Shown here: positions 24,396 through 35,920 of the stretch, one piece after another | How the letters are laid out: each line of letters opens with the position of its first letter | How positions within the stretch are numbered: position 1 is the first letter of the stretch | DNA from: a virus | Strand: one strand, 5' to 3' | IMG/VR virus record: IMGVR_UViG_3300045125_000058 | Span: 4,265 to 68,264 of that record | Length of the DNA stretch: 64,000 nucleotides | Notes under the pieces: model-generated | The model's input: only the letters and a program-made list of their open reading frames with translations | What the model was told of the DNA's origin: nothing | Database searches by the model: none | Program-made: the position numbers and the translations under genes

Positions 24396-25334
24396 ATGTC
24401 CATCAATTTTCCCACAAATCCAATAGTAGGACAACAATATTCCTACAACGGAATAACTTGGGAATATACTGGATTTGGTTGGTCTATTGTCCCACCAGGC
24501 TCCATCTGGTATATCCAGGAACTATGTAATCTCAGTTGATGGTGATACTGGGATTGTATTTCTTCCTGCGTGGACAAATACAGATCCGGATATTTCAAAT
24601 GGAATTGCAAGTGGTATAACATTTACAGTTGGTTCAAATGCAATTCAGGTTTTAGAACAATTGATATACCCATATCAACCAGTTTCATTTACTGCATTTT
24701 CTATTGGTTTGGGAAGTTCTCCTTTTGATCTTGGAAGAACTTTTGGTGCTGGTACATATACATCTACATGGAGCACATCAGGTCCTGCAGCAAACTGGAC
24801 AGCAGGTTCTTTGGTCATTAGAAATACCACAAATTCAACATTGATAATTTCCGGGTTAAATTATAATAGTTCACCACAAGGTATAAGTTTGGGTTTGTGT
24901 GGTTATGCTAATTCCAAGTCAACATGTATTTGGAATTACAGGTCAACAACTATCAGGAAACGTTGTTTCTAGAAATGATACTTATTCTTGGTTGCATCGA
25001 ATTCGTTGGGGTAAAAGCGCATCTGCATCTCCAACATGCTATTGCAAATTTAACAACTGGTGCTAATAGTAGATTTACAAGTTCAACTACTGCTCTTGGT
25101 ACTTACACATACACGTTCCCGGCATCTGGCAGTGCAGAATATTGCTATGTTATTGTTCCAACTGCCCCTGGATCACCGGGAACGTATACGACATGGAAAG
25201 ATTCCAATAACTTAACATTTACACCAGTTTCTGGAACTTTCACCGAAGCAAATTCTTATGGCGTATCAATTTCTTGGACTTGGTATCAAGTAAGTAACCC
25301 AACTACCGCAACTTTCTCGGCAACAGCATCATAA
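24396..25334 (+). CDS. Putative tail/structural protein (frameshifted)
   Basis: CTAAATA at 24382, ATG 24396; Thr/Ser/Gly-rich beta-protein in ORFs 24475 and 24924. Confidence 0.5.
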
Positions 25335-25335
25335 T

Positions 25336-25913
25336 ATGGCAATTACAGGATATATTTCAGTTGGTTTACCAATAGGACCTGGTTCGGTAAACGATCCATA
25401 TTATGTAACTGATCCAAAATTTGGTCTTGGTGGACTTAGAACTGTAACTGATATTACAGAAAGAAATTCTATAATCAGCCAGCGTCGTGAAGTTGGTATG
25501 ATGGTTTATGTTCAAGGTGATAACAAATATTATTATTTGTCTGGTGGAACAGGAAATTCTTATTGGATAGAATTTACTGGAGGAAGTGGAGGAGGGGGAA
25601 CAGGTGCTGTAAGTTCTATAATAGGCACCACAAATGAAATAGAAGTAAGTTCTCCTACAGGAAATGTCACAATTGGCCTTCCAAATGATGTAAAAATTGC
25701 ATCAACTCTTAACATTGGTGGAATAACTATTGGAGTAACAGGTGGAAATTCTTTAGTAATTTACGGTGGATTGGACATAATTGGTAATATAAATACTTCA
25801 GGTACACTAATTGTAGATGGTTTAATAATAACTAAAACAGCATTTCAGGGATTTACAGGAAACGATATATCAGAACCAATTGAAAATGTAACCCTTGATG
25901 GGGAGAATTTTAA
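25336..25913 (+). CDS. Putative tail fibre component
   Basis: GGLRTV..ITERNSI...REVGMMVYV motif; ends LDGGEF* after indel correction. Confidence 0.6.
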
Positions 25914-25922
25914 GGAACAATT

Positions 25923-28073
25923 ATGGCAACAATTAAATTTAGAAGAGGATCAGGACAACCAACAGGTTTAACTGCATATGAACCAGCTTGGGACACAACA
26001 AACAATCGTTTCTTTGTAAATAATGGCGCAACCGCTCTTTGGGTTGGTGCCAAAATAGAAAATGATTCCGCTTTAGGTGGTGCTGGTTCTTCAGCATTCG
26101 TTGTTCCCACTCAATTAGCAGTAAAAACTTACGTAGATAACCAAGTTGCTGGCGGTGCTGTCACTTCTGTAAATGGAACAACAGGTGCTGTAAGTATATT
26201 TTCTGGCAATAGCGGTATTCTTGTAGCTGGCAACTTGGAAAAGGTATTACAGTATCAAATATTGGTGTTTTGTCATTCAACGGAAATACTGGTGCTGTTC
26301 AAGGAGTATCTGCAGCAGTTGCGGGAACTGGTATTTCAGTATCTGGTGCAACAGGTTCTGTTACTTTTACAAACACAGGTGTACTGAGTAATGCTGCTGG
26401 ATCTGGTATCTCGGTTTCAGCAGGCACAGGTAACGTAACAATTACAAATATTGGTGTTACCAGTATTGATGGTTCAACTGGTGCAGTAAATAACATTGCC
26501 AGAACAAATACTACAAATTCTTTTTCACAATTACAAACATTTACAAATGGTGTTTCAATTACTTCTGGTGCAACATTATCAGATGTATTGAGAATTCGTG
26601 GTTCTTTGACTGATCCGGTGGTAGAATTGAACTTTGGGATGAAAATAATGCGTTTAACGCAGCCCTTCAATTGGAAACACCGATGGCAAAAAATGCCACT
26701 TTTCAATTTGGTGGATCTGATGGATTTGTAGTTGGTGTAAATAGCGATGGTGCAACAGCAAACTGGATTGTAAAAGCCTGCAGGTGCTGGTTTACCAAAT
26801 ACTTGGGTTGACGCTTCAGATGCAACAACCGGTATAACTTCATTTAAATCTTTAAGAAGTGATAGACTGTTTACTCAAGCAACAACTACAGGAACGTATC
26901 AAGTTGCTCTTTCTGGTGGAAAAACAGGATATCAAGATTATTATACTGAAGATCAACTTACTTGGAATAATACTACACAAGTATTTACAGTTTCAAATCT
27001 TAATATTACTGGTGGTATTACTGCTCCAAATAACGTAAATAGAATTATTGCTGGAACAGGAATTCAAGTAAGTGGTGCTACTGGTAACGTAACAATTACA
27101 AATATTGGTGTACAATCACTTTCTGGAACTGCAAATCAAATAACAGTTTCTGCTGGAACTACTGGTGCTCTAACATTAAGTTTACCATCAGCAATAACTG
27201 CTCCCGGATCCCTTACAGTAACAGGTGATTTGACTGTCAACGGAACAACAACAACAGTAAATTCAAACTCACTTACTATTCAAGATCCAATTATAAACAT
27301 TGGTGGTCTTACAAACGGAGCACCACCTGTTGCTGGCGATGTAAAAGATCGTGGTATTGCTTTCCAATATCACACAGGATCAACAAGTGCTACTGGTTAT
27401 TTTGGATACGATCAAAGCAAAGCAAGATTTGTTTATACACAATTAGCCACTATTGCGAGCGAAGTTGTAACAGGAAATGCAGGAAATGCTGATTTTGCTG
27501 GAATTTTTGCTCCACAAGGAACATTAACACTTAGAGGTGAATGCACAGCAAACGCAAGTATCACTGTAAGTGGTGCTGCAACTGCCGCAGCCACATCAAT
27601 AAGCAATACTGCATTTGAAACATTGTTAACTTCTTCTACAGGCATTGGAAGATTGGCAATTCAAGGTGATGCTTTGGACCCCTCATTAAAGGGAACAATA
27701 ACCACAAAACGCATTTACTGCTGCTAGAACATTTACTTTGCCTGACATTACAGGCACACTTCCAGTTGCTACAACTGGTGGTGCAACAAGTGGTTGGGTT
27801 CTCAGAGGTCAGGGAGCATCTACAGTAAATACATGGATAGATCCAACTGCATCAGGATTTACGGCATTTGCAGCCACAAACTCTGTTTTGCAACTTGTTC
27901 AAGGAACCAAGACTGGTGGAACATACGGTGTTCTTTTTGCTCTTGGTACAGGTTATAGAGATGTTTTCCTAGATTCTGCAAATGATATTGTCTGGAATAC
28001 AGTTAACAATACTTTAACTGTAGGAAATGGGAATGGAAGATTTGAGGGTATTGTTGATGGTGGTGGATTCTAA
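25923..28073 (+). CDS. Long tail fibre with Mtd_N-like N-terminus, split by indels
   Basis: MATIKFRRGS...AYEPAWDT; GVTS/IIAGTGI repeats; TVNGTTTTVNS..IQDPII; ends DGGGF*. Confidence 0.75.
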
Positions 28074-28095
28074 TATTTAAAAGGAGATTTGTGAT

Positions 28096-28305
28096 ATGGC
28101 GTTTGAAAAGAAAATGATGGAGTTTTTATATAAGAAGTATTTTGAGATAGCACAACAAAATGTTTTACATGAACTTAATCTTGTAGCCGAACAATTTAAA
28201 AATTTGGAATTACAAGAAAAAATTGACGAATTGAATAAGAAATTGGAGACTTATTCAAAAAGGAAGAAAAAAGAAGAACCACAACTAGATGGTGAAACCT
28301 TCTAA
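28096..28305 (+). CDS. Small coiled-coil protein
   Basis: AAGGAG SD, 69-aa helical ORF ending LDGETF. Confidence 0.6.
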   Translation: MAFEKKMMEFLYKKYFEIAQQNVLHELNLVAEQFKNLELQEKIDELNKKLETYSKRKKKEEPQLDGETF

Positions 28306-28355
28306 ATAGTAATGTAGTTATTAAGATTTAATAATCACTAGGAGTTTCACCGAGA

Positions 28356-29588
28356 ATGGCAATTCTTCGATTTAAACGCGGATCTGGAATCCCCGCAGGA
28401 CTATCACTGGGGGAACCAGCATACGATTTTACAAACAATAGATTATATATTGGTATTACAGGTGGAGCCTGCTTTGGTGGGTGCTTCTGGTGCTATTGGT
28501 GTTGCTTCTTTTAATGGATTGACTGGCGATGTGACTGGTGTAACAACTGGTAATGCCAATACATTTGGTCCACTTCAAAGTTTTACAACTGGAATCAGTT
28601 CTAGCAGTGGAACATTCAGCAACCAATTAAATGTTCAAAATTTAAGAATGTTGACAGTTGGTGGCGATGAAGGTGGTCAGATTGATTTTGGGTTGCCTGC
28701 TACAAACACAAGTTTAACTGGTGGTGTTTCAATTGACATATATCAAAATAGAGTTCGTATTTTTGAAAGTGGTGGAACTAATCGCGGAGTTTTTATTGAT
28801 TTATCAGGTGTAAGTGCAGCGGTTGGAACAAATCTTATTGGTGGTGGGGGAGGTGGTGCTGTTTCCTCAGTTTCGGGTTCAGGTAATGGTATTTTAATAT
28901 CACCGACTACAGGTTCTGTTATAGTTCAAAATACAGGTGTTCATAGTTTTAATGGTTTAACGGGTGCTGTTTTTGGTGTTACAAACAGCGTAGCAAATGT
29001 ATTTGGACCTCTTCAAGAATTTACAAATGGTATAAGTAGCGCAGGTGGAACTTTTAGTGCACTTACAAGATTTACTACGGGAATAAGTTCTTTGGTGGAA
29101 CTTTTAGTGCTCAAACAAGATTTTTGGCTGGTGTTTCTGGATCTGGTGGTGCAACCTTTTACGGTCAACTAATAGGACAAGCAGCAGCTTTTAGTGGTCT
29201 TATAATTTCTACTGCCGGATTCTCTGGAACCGGAATTACACTTAGCGGAAACCTGAGTGCTGCAACCAAGTCCTTCTTGATTCCCCATCCAGTTAAGCCC
29301 GAGAAAAAACTTCAGTACGCTTGCCTAGAAGGTCCAGAAAATGGAGTTTATGTTAGAGGAAGATTGGAAGGTTCAAATATTATCGAACTTCCAGATTATT
29401 GGACCGCCCTCGTACACGCAGAATCTATCACAGTGCAACTTACAGGCTTTGGTGAATATAAGAATTACTTTGTGAAGTCTATTGAAGGAAACAAAGTAAC
29501 TATTGGTCCAAGAAGCAAGGATACAGATTGCTTCTATTTGGTGCAAGCAGAGCGTAAGGATGTCCCAAGACTAACAGTGGAGTATTGA
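28356..29588 (+). CDS. Tail fibre with Mtd_N-like N-terminus and SFLIPHP...LEGPE C-terminal domain (frameshifted)
   Basis: MAILRFKRGSG...GEPAYD; C-terminal KSFLIPHPVKPEKKLQYACLEGPENGVYVRG...ELPDYW, seen in T4-like fibres. Confidence 0.75.
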
Positions 29589-29589
29589 T

Positions 29590-30289
29590 ATGGCAGTTCA
29601 ATATAATCCCGGAATAATTACAGATGGATTGGTATTGTATCTAGATGCTGCGAATAGAAAGAGTTATCCGGGAAGTGGGATAACTTGGACGGACATGAGT
29701 AATATTACAAATAGCGGAACTCTTACTAACTGGACCAACCTACAACAGTGCTAATGGTGGTTCCATAGTTTTTGACGCTGTAGATGATTTTGTTTCAACA
29801 TCAACTGCTACTGCAATAGGGATAAATGATGTCACTAAAAATTTCACTATAAGCATATGGTTTAGGCAGATAATAGTGCAAACGAGATGCCTATCTTTGA
29901 TAATTACAACGGTGGCACAGATGTAAGCATCCGTATAAGAAACAGAAGTGGAGAATTTTTTTACAAAGTTCAAACGCACAGTCAATGTTTCTTCAGAACA
30001 TGGGAACAGGATTTGGAAACGCAACATGGAACAATTTTACTTTTACATGGAATGGAACAAGCAAAACAGCAATTCTATATGGAAACACCGTGAATATAGG
30101 TTCATCGACAAATACATCCATGAGTGGGTCTTTTGATTCTGGAGCAGTATTTACATTGGAAGCCGCCCACTAAATGCAGGCGCAAAATTTGCAGGAAGAG
30201 TCGCTTGTGTTTCTGTTTACAATAAATTGTTATCTGACTCAGAAATCCAACAAAACTTCAACGCCCTCAGAGGAAGGTTTGGCATCTAA
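29590..30289 (+). CDS. LamG/ConA-like lectin domain virion protein 1 (frameshifted)
   Basis: TDGLVLYLDAANRKSYPGSG.TWTDMS...FDAVDDFV...EIQQNFNALRGRFGI. Confidence 0.75.
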
Positions 30290-31131
30290 TGGCCCTTTCA
30301 CATTCACCTCAAATAGTCTTGGATGGATTGATTCTGTATTTGGATCAATTTAATCCAAAATCATATCCAGGTTCTGGAATTACACTTTATGATTTGAGTG
30401 GAAACAATCGTGACTATACTCTTGAATGGAGGAACATTTGTTCAAGATCCAATTTTTAATTATACTAATTCACCAACCTCAAGAGGTTATGCTCCCGGTT
30501 ATCGTCAGTCTACTGGAATTTGGATGGATGGAAGTGAAAATTATATAGGGTCAACATTTTATTCTGCTATTTCTGGATTAACACAAATAACAGTTGAACT
30601 TTGTTTTGGTGTCAGGCAATATCCGTCAAATAGAGTTTTGGCTTCTACTTATGGAAATCAAACAGGAAATGATGGATTCGGTTTATTGATTGGTGGTCTT
30701 GCAACAACTCAGCCAATAACAATAGAATTTAGAAAAGGAAGTACTACACGAAGTTTTAATTATTCTCCGAATGGTGGAGGATCATTAGATAGAACTGAAC
30801 CAATGTATACACATGATGTTCAGTTAGCCATGTATGGTTTTAACTCAGTTACTGCAAGAATGTGGGGTGCAGGAGGAACAGTTTTTGCAGATATATCTGT
30901 AAATGGATCAACATTGACTTCTACACAAAGTGCTGCATTGAGTGGTATAACATCAAATAATCCTTTTTGGATTTTTAGAAATCCACTAGGAACAACTGCT
31001 GGTGCAGCAAGACCTTTGGAAATGCCGATGCAGGAACTTTTGCATTCTGCAGAGTTTATAACAGACTTTTAAGTGAAGCAGAAATAAAACAAAATTACGC
31101 CGCGATGAAAGGACGGTATAAAACATCATAA
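30289..31131 (+). CDS. LamG/ConA-like lectin domain virion protein 2 (frameshifted)
   Basis: GLILYLDQFNPKSYPGSG.TLYDLSGN...EIKQNYAAMKGRY. Confidence 0.7.
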
Positions 31132-31872
31132 TGGCTATTAGCGCAGGACCACCAAACATCATCAAATGGTTTGATTTATTCCATTGATCCGGGAAACAGT
31201 AGAAGTTATGACATAAATGGAGGTGCAGTATCTTTTAGAAATTCAGTTCCAGGATTATCTGGAAATGGAAATTTAAGAGTAGGGGCATCAATCGGAAGAA
31301 GATATGGTGGTGTAATATCTTTGGATGGTTTAAATGACTATGTAACTTTGCCTCTTATGGCAAATTGGTGTCCTCAAAATATTTATGGTTATTCATCAAT
31401 ATCTTTTGAATTTTGGGTTAACTTAGAAGATTCAAATGAATCAACTTTTTTAAGTAGATATTATAATAGTGGTATTGGTAGAACGGCAATTGGTTTAAAT
31501 AAAGGTGGATACATACTTATAAATGCAAAAACATCTTATAGTAACACAATTACAACAAATTGGTCTTTTACAAATGGAATATGGTATAACATTGTAATTA
31601 CTGTTTCACCAACAGAAATTAGAGCATACAAAGATGCAACGTTATCTTTCTCGGCAAATCATGGTATTACTGCTGCATATGATGCAGGCTTTGACAGCAT
31701 GAATAATGAAGGAATTGGAATAGGTTGTGCAGTTTTATATAACTATGCCCCATATACAGAGGCTTCGGCATTACAAGGTTATGTGGGATTAATTAATGTT
31801 TACAACAAAATTCTTACACCAGAAGATATTGAAATAAATTATAAAAGCATGAGGGCAAGATACAATGTTTGA
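31131..31872 (+). CDS. LamG/ConA-like lectin domain virion protein 3
   Basis: GLIYSIDPGNSRSY...LDGLNDYV...NVYNKILTPEDIEINYKSMRARY. Confidence 0.7.
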
Positions 31873-32116
31873 AAATAGAAGATATGTAATTTTTAATGTA
31901 TCGGAACTTCCATTAGTTGATTTTTCTAAAGTTTTAGAGGAATCTCCTGAAAGAACTATTAGGTCTTTAGATTTAACAAAAACAGTTGTAAAATGGGATG
32001 GAGATACACCTGAATTTGTTGAAAATTTAACAACTAAAGAAGGTATATATACACTTGAAGAAATTTGGCCAATTGTCAAAGGTCCTGAGTGGACCAATCC
32101 AAATCCCACACCCTAA
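31865..32116 (+). CDS. Small conserved phage protein
   Basis: RYVIFNVSEL..VDFSKVLEESPERTIRSLDLTKTVVKW. Confidence 0.6.
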   Translation: MFENRRYVIFNVSELPLVDFSKVLEESPERTIRSLDLTKTVVKWDGDTPEFVENLTTKEGIYTLEEIWPIVKGPEWTNPNPTP

Positions 32117-32128
32117 ATATTATAAACC

Positions 32129-32839
32129 ATGGCTGACTCAGATAAAAATATTGTAATAACACCATTTGTTGGAGCAACAAGCCAACCAAGAATAGTATTT
32201 ACTGGCCAAGGAAATGATCCAATTACTGTTCGCGTTCTTGATGGTGCCACAGGGACAGGATTGACTGCTGGTGGCGCTTTGTCATTTGAGGGGTCTGCAG
32301 GCCAATTGTTCAGCGTTGTAAATCGTTTAGGAACCGGGAGTATATTCAGCGTAAATGACATTTCTGGTATTCCCAGTATGGATATAGATGCATCTGGTAG
32401 AATCCATATGGCTGCATTCACTGGATTTATTGGAATTGGATTAACTGCACCAGCTGATAAATTAGATGTTTTAGGAAATGTAAGAATTAGTGGTGGATTA
32501 TGTGCTGCTGGAATATCTGCGGGATCATATATATTAACCTCAGCAGGAATAAAAGGACTTACAGGAACAACCTATACATTCTTGTCTACAGATAATGGAG
32601 ATGTGTTGACACACGATAATGCATCTGGTTGCACTATGACAATACCCACAGGACTTCCTGTCGGATTCAGTACAACTATAATAAGATTGAATGCAACTGG
32701 AAGAGTAGGATTTACAGCAGCATCAGGAGTAACTTTGAATATTTATAATGGTTTTACAGGACTGGCTGGACAACATGCCGCAGCATCCTTGATTTCTTAT
32801 GCAAGCAATATTTATAATTTATCTGGTACATTGGCATGA
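32129..32839 (+). CDS. Tail-fibre-like protein
   Basis: SFEGSAGQLFSV...IFSVNDISGIPS; CTAAATA at 32113. Confidence 0.65.
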   Translation: MADSDKNIVITPFVGATSQPRIVFTGQGNDPITVRVLDGATGTGLTAGGALSFEGSAGQLFSVVNRLGTGSIFSVNDISGIPSMDIDASGRIHMAAFTGFIGIGLTAPADKLDVLGNVRISGGLCAAGISAGSYILTSAGIKGLTGTTYTFLSTDNGDVLTHDNASGCTMTIPTGLPVGFSTTIIRLNATGRVGFTAASGVTLNIYNGFTGLAGQHAAASLISYASNIYNLSGTLA

Positions 32840-33297
32840 GGCATTTACCACAATTACAAGGATTTTCTAGAAGTATAAGAGATTTGATTCCAGGATTGAG
32901 TGGATCCTGTGCAGGAATAAATTCCGCGTTGGGTGCTACAACTAGTAATTGGTTTCGTGGAGGATATGATGATGTTGCTGGTGTGTATGCTTATACTAGC
33001 AGAAGAATAGTAGATATTAATGAATCAATAATTTTAGGTGTAAGTTATGCATCCGGTTCTTATAATTTATATTATGCTAAAAATCTTGGAGTAAATAATG
33101 GTGGTGATTATTCGACTTTTAGAGATCCAATAAACCGTGGATTGGCATTGATAGCTAATGGTGGAACATTTTCTGTATCTAATTTAGATTATGTAGATTT
33201 TGGAGCTGAAGGAAGTTTTGGTGGATTTGCTTTTATTCTTAATAGATCTGAAAATAATAGAATTGTTGGATCAGTAGATGTTAGAATTACTTTTTAA
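32836..33297 (+). CDS. Hypothetical structural protein
   Basis: 153-aa ORF overlapping the previous stop (ATGA). Confidence 0.5.
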   Translation: MRHLPQLQGFSRSIRDLIPGLSGSCAGINSALGATTSNWFRGGYDDVAGVYAYTSRRIVDINESIILGVSYASGSYNLYYAKNLGVNNGGDYSTFRDPINRGLALIANGGTFSVSNLDYVDFGAEGSFGGFAFILNRSENNRIVGSVDVRITF

Positions 33298-33337
33298 TAA
33301 TTATTGACTATACTATAATTTGTGATATGTTATTAAA

Positions 33338-33853
33338 ATGCTTAAAGTATATAAATTAGAATCGGATGCTCGTATTCCAAATTATGAAACTCGTAAAGCT
33401 GCATGTTTTGATTTAGCAGCGTATATTCCAGCAAACTCAAAGGTCAATATTTGGGCTGGAAAGACGCAAAGAGAATTTGATGTTCAGCATGATGGTTCAA
33501 ATGGTAAGTCATATATAACGATTGCTCCAACAGAAAGAGCAATGATTCGCACAGGATTAATCTTTGATCTTCCTGAAGGGTATTCAATGAGAATCCATCC
33601 AAGATCAGGCATGGCTTTGAAGTATGGATTGATTATGGCCAACTGTGAGGGTGTCATTGACGAGGATTATGTTTATGAAACTCAGTTGATTGTATTGAAT
33701 ACATCTGACGAAATCATGAAAATTTACCACGGAGATAGAATTGCTCAAGGCGAACTAGTTCGCTATGAGCAAGTTTACATTGAAGAGACTTGGGAACAGC
33801 CTACGCAGAAATCAAATCGTGTGGGTGGGTTTGGAAGTACCGGGAAGAATTAA
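33338..33853 (+). CDS. dut: Trimeric dUTPase
   Basis: ACFDL, IHPRSG, GVIDEDY, RIAQG, RVGGFGSTG motifs. Confidence 0.95.
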   Translation: MLKVYKLESDARIPNYETRKAACFDLAAYIPANSKVNIWAGKTQREFDVQHDGSNGKSYITIAPTERAMIRTGLIFDLPEGYSMRIHPRSGMALKYGLIMANCEGVIDEDYVYETQLIVLNTSDEIMKIYHGDRIAQGELVRYEQVYIEETWEQPTQKSNRVGGFGSTGKN

Positions 33854-33856
33854 TAA

Positions 33857-34541
33857 TTATAATCCTGGTCCACGTGTCAATGCGTAATTATACTGTAACC
33901 GAGTAATCGAAGCCAAAATGTTATTGTTGTCACTTAGATTTGTAAGAGCTGTAATATAGCCATTGAGCGTGCATCCAACATTGGCTCCATCAGTGATGAG
34001 ATCTTATACCAAGTCTATACAGTTTGATTATTTCCTACAGTAAATCCAGAAGTGGATGAAATTGATACAGGATGCACCATCATTAATGCTGTAATAATAT
34101 GTTGTAAACGTATTTGTTAGTGCCTTGTGTGACTGTAGCTATACAGGTTTGACTGTAATAAATGATGTGATTATCACTGAATGCAACTGTAGAACCGCTG
34201 AGAGCAGTTCGTTGTGGACCATTTATGCTGTGCCCAATAAATTGTATTTTGACCAGTAAATCCAATTAGGTTTCCAAAACTATTTAGTTAAATATTGGCA
34301 CAACGTCAGTAGCATTGCCATTATCACCACTAGAAGTTTCATATCCCATTGCCATCATGTCTTGCAAGGATATATTACTCATTACCATGCCATTGTTTAC
34401 GTTTTCCCAAAGTTGGTGCATATCATTCCATTTAAATGGACCCATTGGGGTATTTACAATTTTGGAAGAATAACCAGAATCAACCATGTTTCCTTGCATG
34501 GCTTCAAAGAAAATTTTCATTGTTTGTTTATCTATTGACAT
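33857..34541 (-). CDS. Hypothetical protein, probably one frameshifted gene (N-terminal GPFKWN module plus Thr/Ser-rich C-terminus)
   Basis: ORF 34284-34541, with coding-like frames continuing to TAA at 33857. Confidence 0.4.
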
Positions 34542-34552
34542 GACTTAATTAT

Positions 34553-34792
34553 TTATCTTCTGATTTGGGTGGTGATTTTGACTAAAATTTTTCTAACTTC
34601 TTTCCAAATAATCCAAAGTGCAATCATGCAAATTATTACATACCAAAATGACCATTCAGATGCCTGACTTGGACTCCCAAAGAATGGTTCTTTTAAAACG
34701 CTGTGAATAGGATTTCCCTTCTTGTCCAAAGGAGAAATAATTTGAGGAGTAGTGCATGAAGCGAGTAATAATAGCAGTAGAATATATTTCAT
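34553..34792 (-). CDS. Lipoprotein with C-terminal TM helix (unimolecular-spanin-like architecture)
   Basis: MKYILLLLLLASC lipobox; WSFWYVIICMIALWIIW TM followed by basic KEVRK tail. Confidence 0.55.
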   Translation of the reverse strand: MKYILLLLLLASCTTPQIISPLDKKGNPIHSVLKEPFFGSPSQASEWSFWYVIICMIALWIIWKEVRKILVKITTQIRR

Positions 34793-35225
34793 GACTTATT
34801 TGCTCCTGCAGCAGTTCCAAAGTAAAAACCTACGACTGCCAATAGAACTTGACGATTCTCTTCTGCAAACAAATAACCTGGAATTTCTACAAAGTACTTT
34901 TTGGTTGTCTCAGGAATCATTCCAAAGAAACTTGAAGGTTGTGTTTGTGTAAATTCTGCAAAGGTAGAAATTCCAAAGAATGGTAGGACAAATGGTGCGG
35001 CTACTACAGCAAACAAGCAGGCCAAGCACAATCAAACTGTCTAACATTTTTGCCCATATCAAGTGGAACTCTTTGAACTGCTTTGTCTTGATTGTCTGTG
35101 GTTTGTTTATTGGCTCCCATAGCCATTTCAAACATTTCTTTGCGATCTTGGGCTTGTTGTGCCCAATAACGGAATAGGAATCCAGTGACTCCTCCACCCA
35201 ATAATGATATTAATTCTGTTGGCAT
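34789..35225 (-). CDS. Multi-TM membrane protein, holin-like (frameshifted)
   Basis: ISLLGGGVTGFLF TM1, ACLFAVVAAPFVLPFF TM2, VLLAVVGFYFG TM3. Confidence 0.55.
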
Positions 35226-35232
35226 AAATTCC

Positions 35233-35848
35233 TCAATTCTTTTGTTGTGAAAGTTGCATTTCTATAGAATCACGAATATGATTCAAAATTATTCATGGCA
35301 TTCTTCTTGAGCTTCACTTGGTATTTCAAAATCATGATGCCATTGAAGCAGCATAAAACCAACATTGGCTCCCTTATTTTTTAATGGCAAACAAGCATAT
35401 TGAGATACATTTTCATCCTCAAAAAATCCCTTTGACATAACTGTGTGTGAAGCAAGTTGGTATGATGAATGGTGCTCTTGTTTTCAATCACCTTTGTCAA
35501 TAAGGGAATATACATTGAACAGAGAGTTTCCTTGAGTTTCATTACCTGTGATGTATATCCCTTTGTATGTCGATTCGTGAGTTACGGAGAATTTACGCAT
35601 TGAAATTCCATCCATTGTATACTTCACCATTATGAAACTGAATTATGCTGGCCCTCATTGACTTTGCGATAACTCTAAGTTCTGTCAAGAAGTTCATGAA
35701 TTTCCGTATGTATTTCAATAAAGTTGTCATCTTTTTTCTTTGATTTCCAAAATTTTATTATTCCCCAAATGATGCCTAGGGTTCCCGCGACTACTAAAGC
35801 TGTGGCTTCAAGAAATTTTGTTGGATCTATTTGGGAAATTAGGTACAT
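35233..35848 (-). CDS. Single-TM protein with soluble GAF-like domain (frameshifted)
   Basis: MYLISQ...TALVVAGTLGIIWGII-KFWKSKKK, then IIQFHNG, RKFSVTHE, YACLPL...VGFMLLQW; GGAG SD. Confidence 0.5.
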
Positions 35849-35874
35849 CTTAATGAAACTCCGGGTGACTTTAA

Positions 35875-35882
35875 TATTTATA
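35875..35882 (-). promoter_or_regulatory. T4 late promoter TATAAATA driving the minus-strand membrane cassette
   Basis: Forward tatttata at 35875-35882 is TATAAATA on the minus strand. Confidence 0.7.
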
Positions 35883-35885
35883 TTC

Positions 35886-35913
35886 TTGACACCACACCTA
35901 GTGGTGCTATACT
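35886..35913 (+). promoter_or_regulatory. Strong sigma70-type promoter upstream of the DUF1599-like gene and gp43
   Basis: TTGACA (35886-91), 16 bp spacer, TG-c-TATACT (35908-13). Confidence 0.75.
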
Positions 35914-35920
35914 AATGCAT

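Noticed and set aside
25923-31872. Diversity-generating retroelement targeting the Mtd_N-like fibres
   Set aside because: No reverse transcriptase and no TR/VR pair with adenine-specific mismatches was found in this window.
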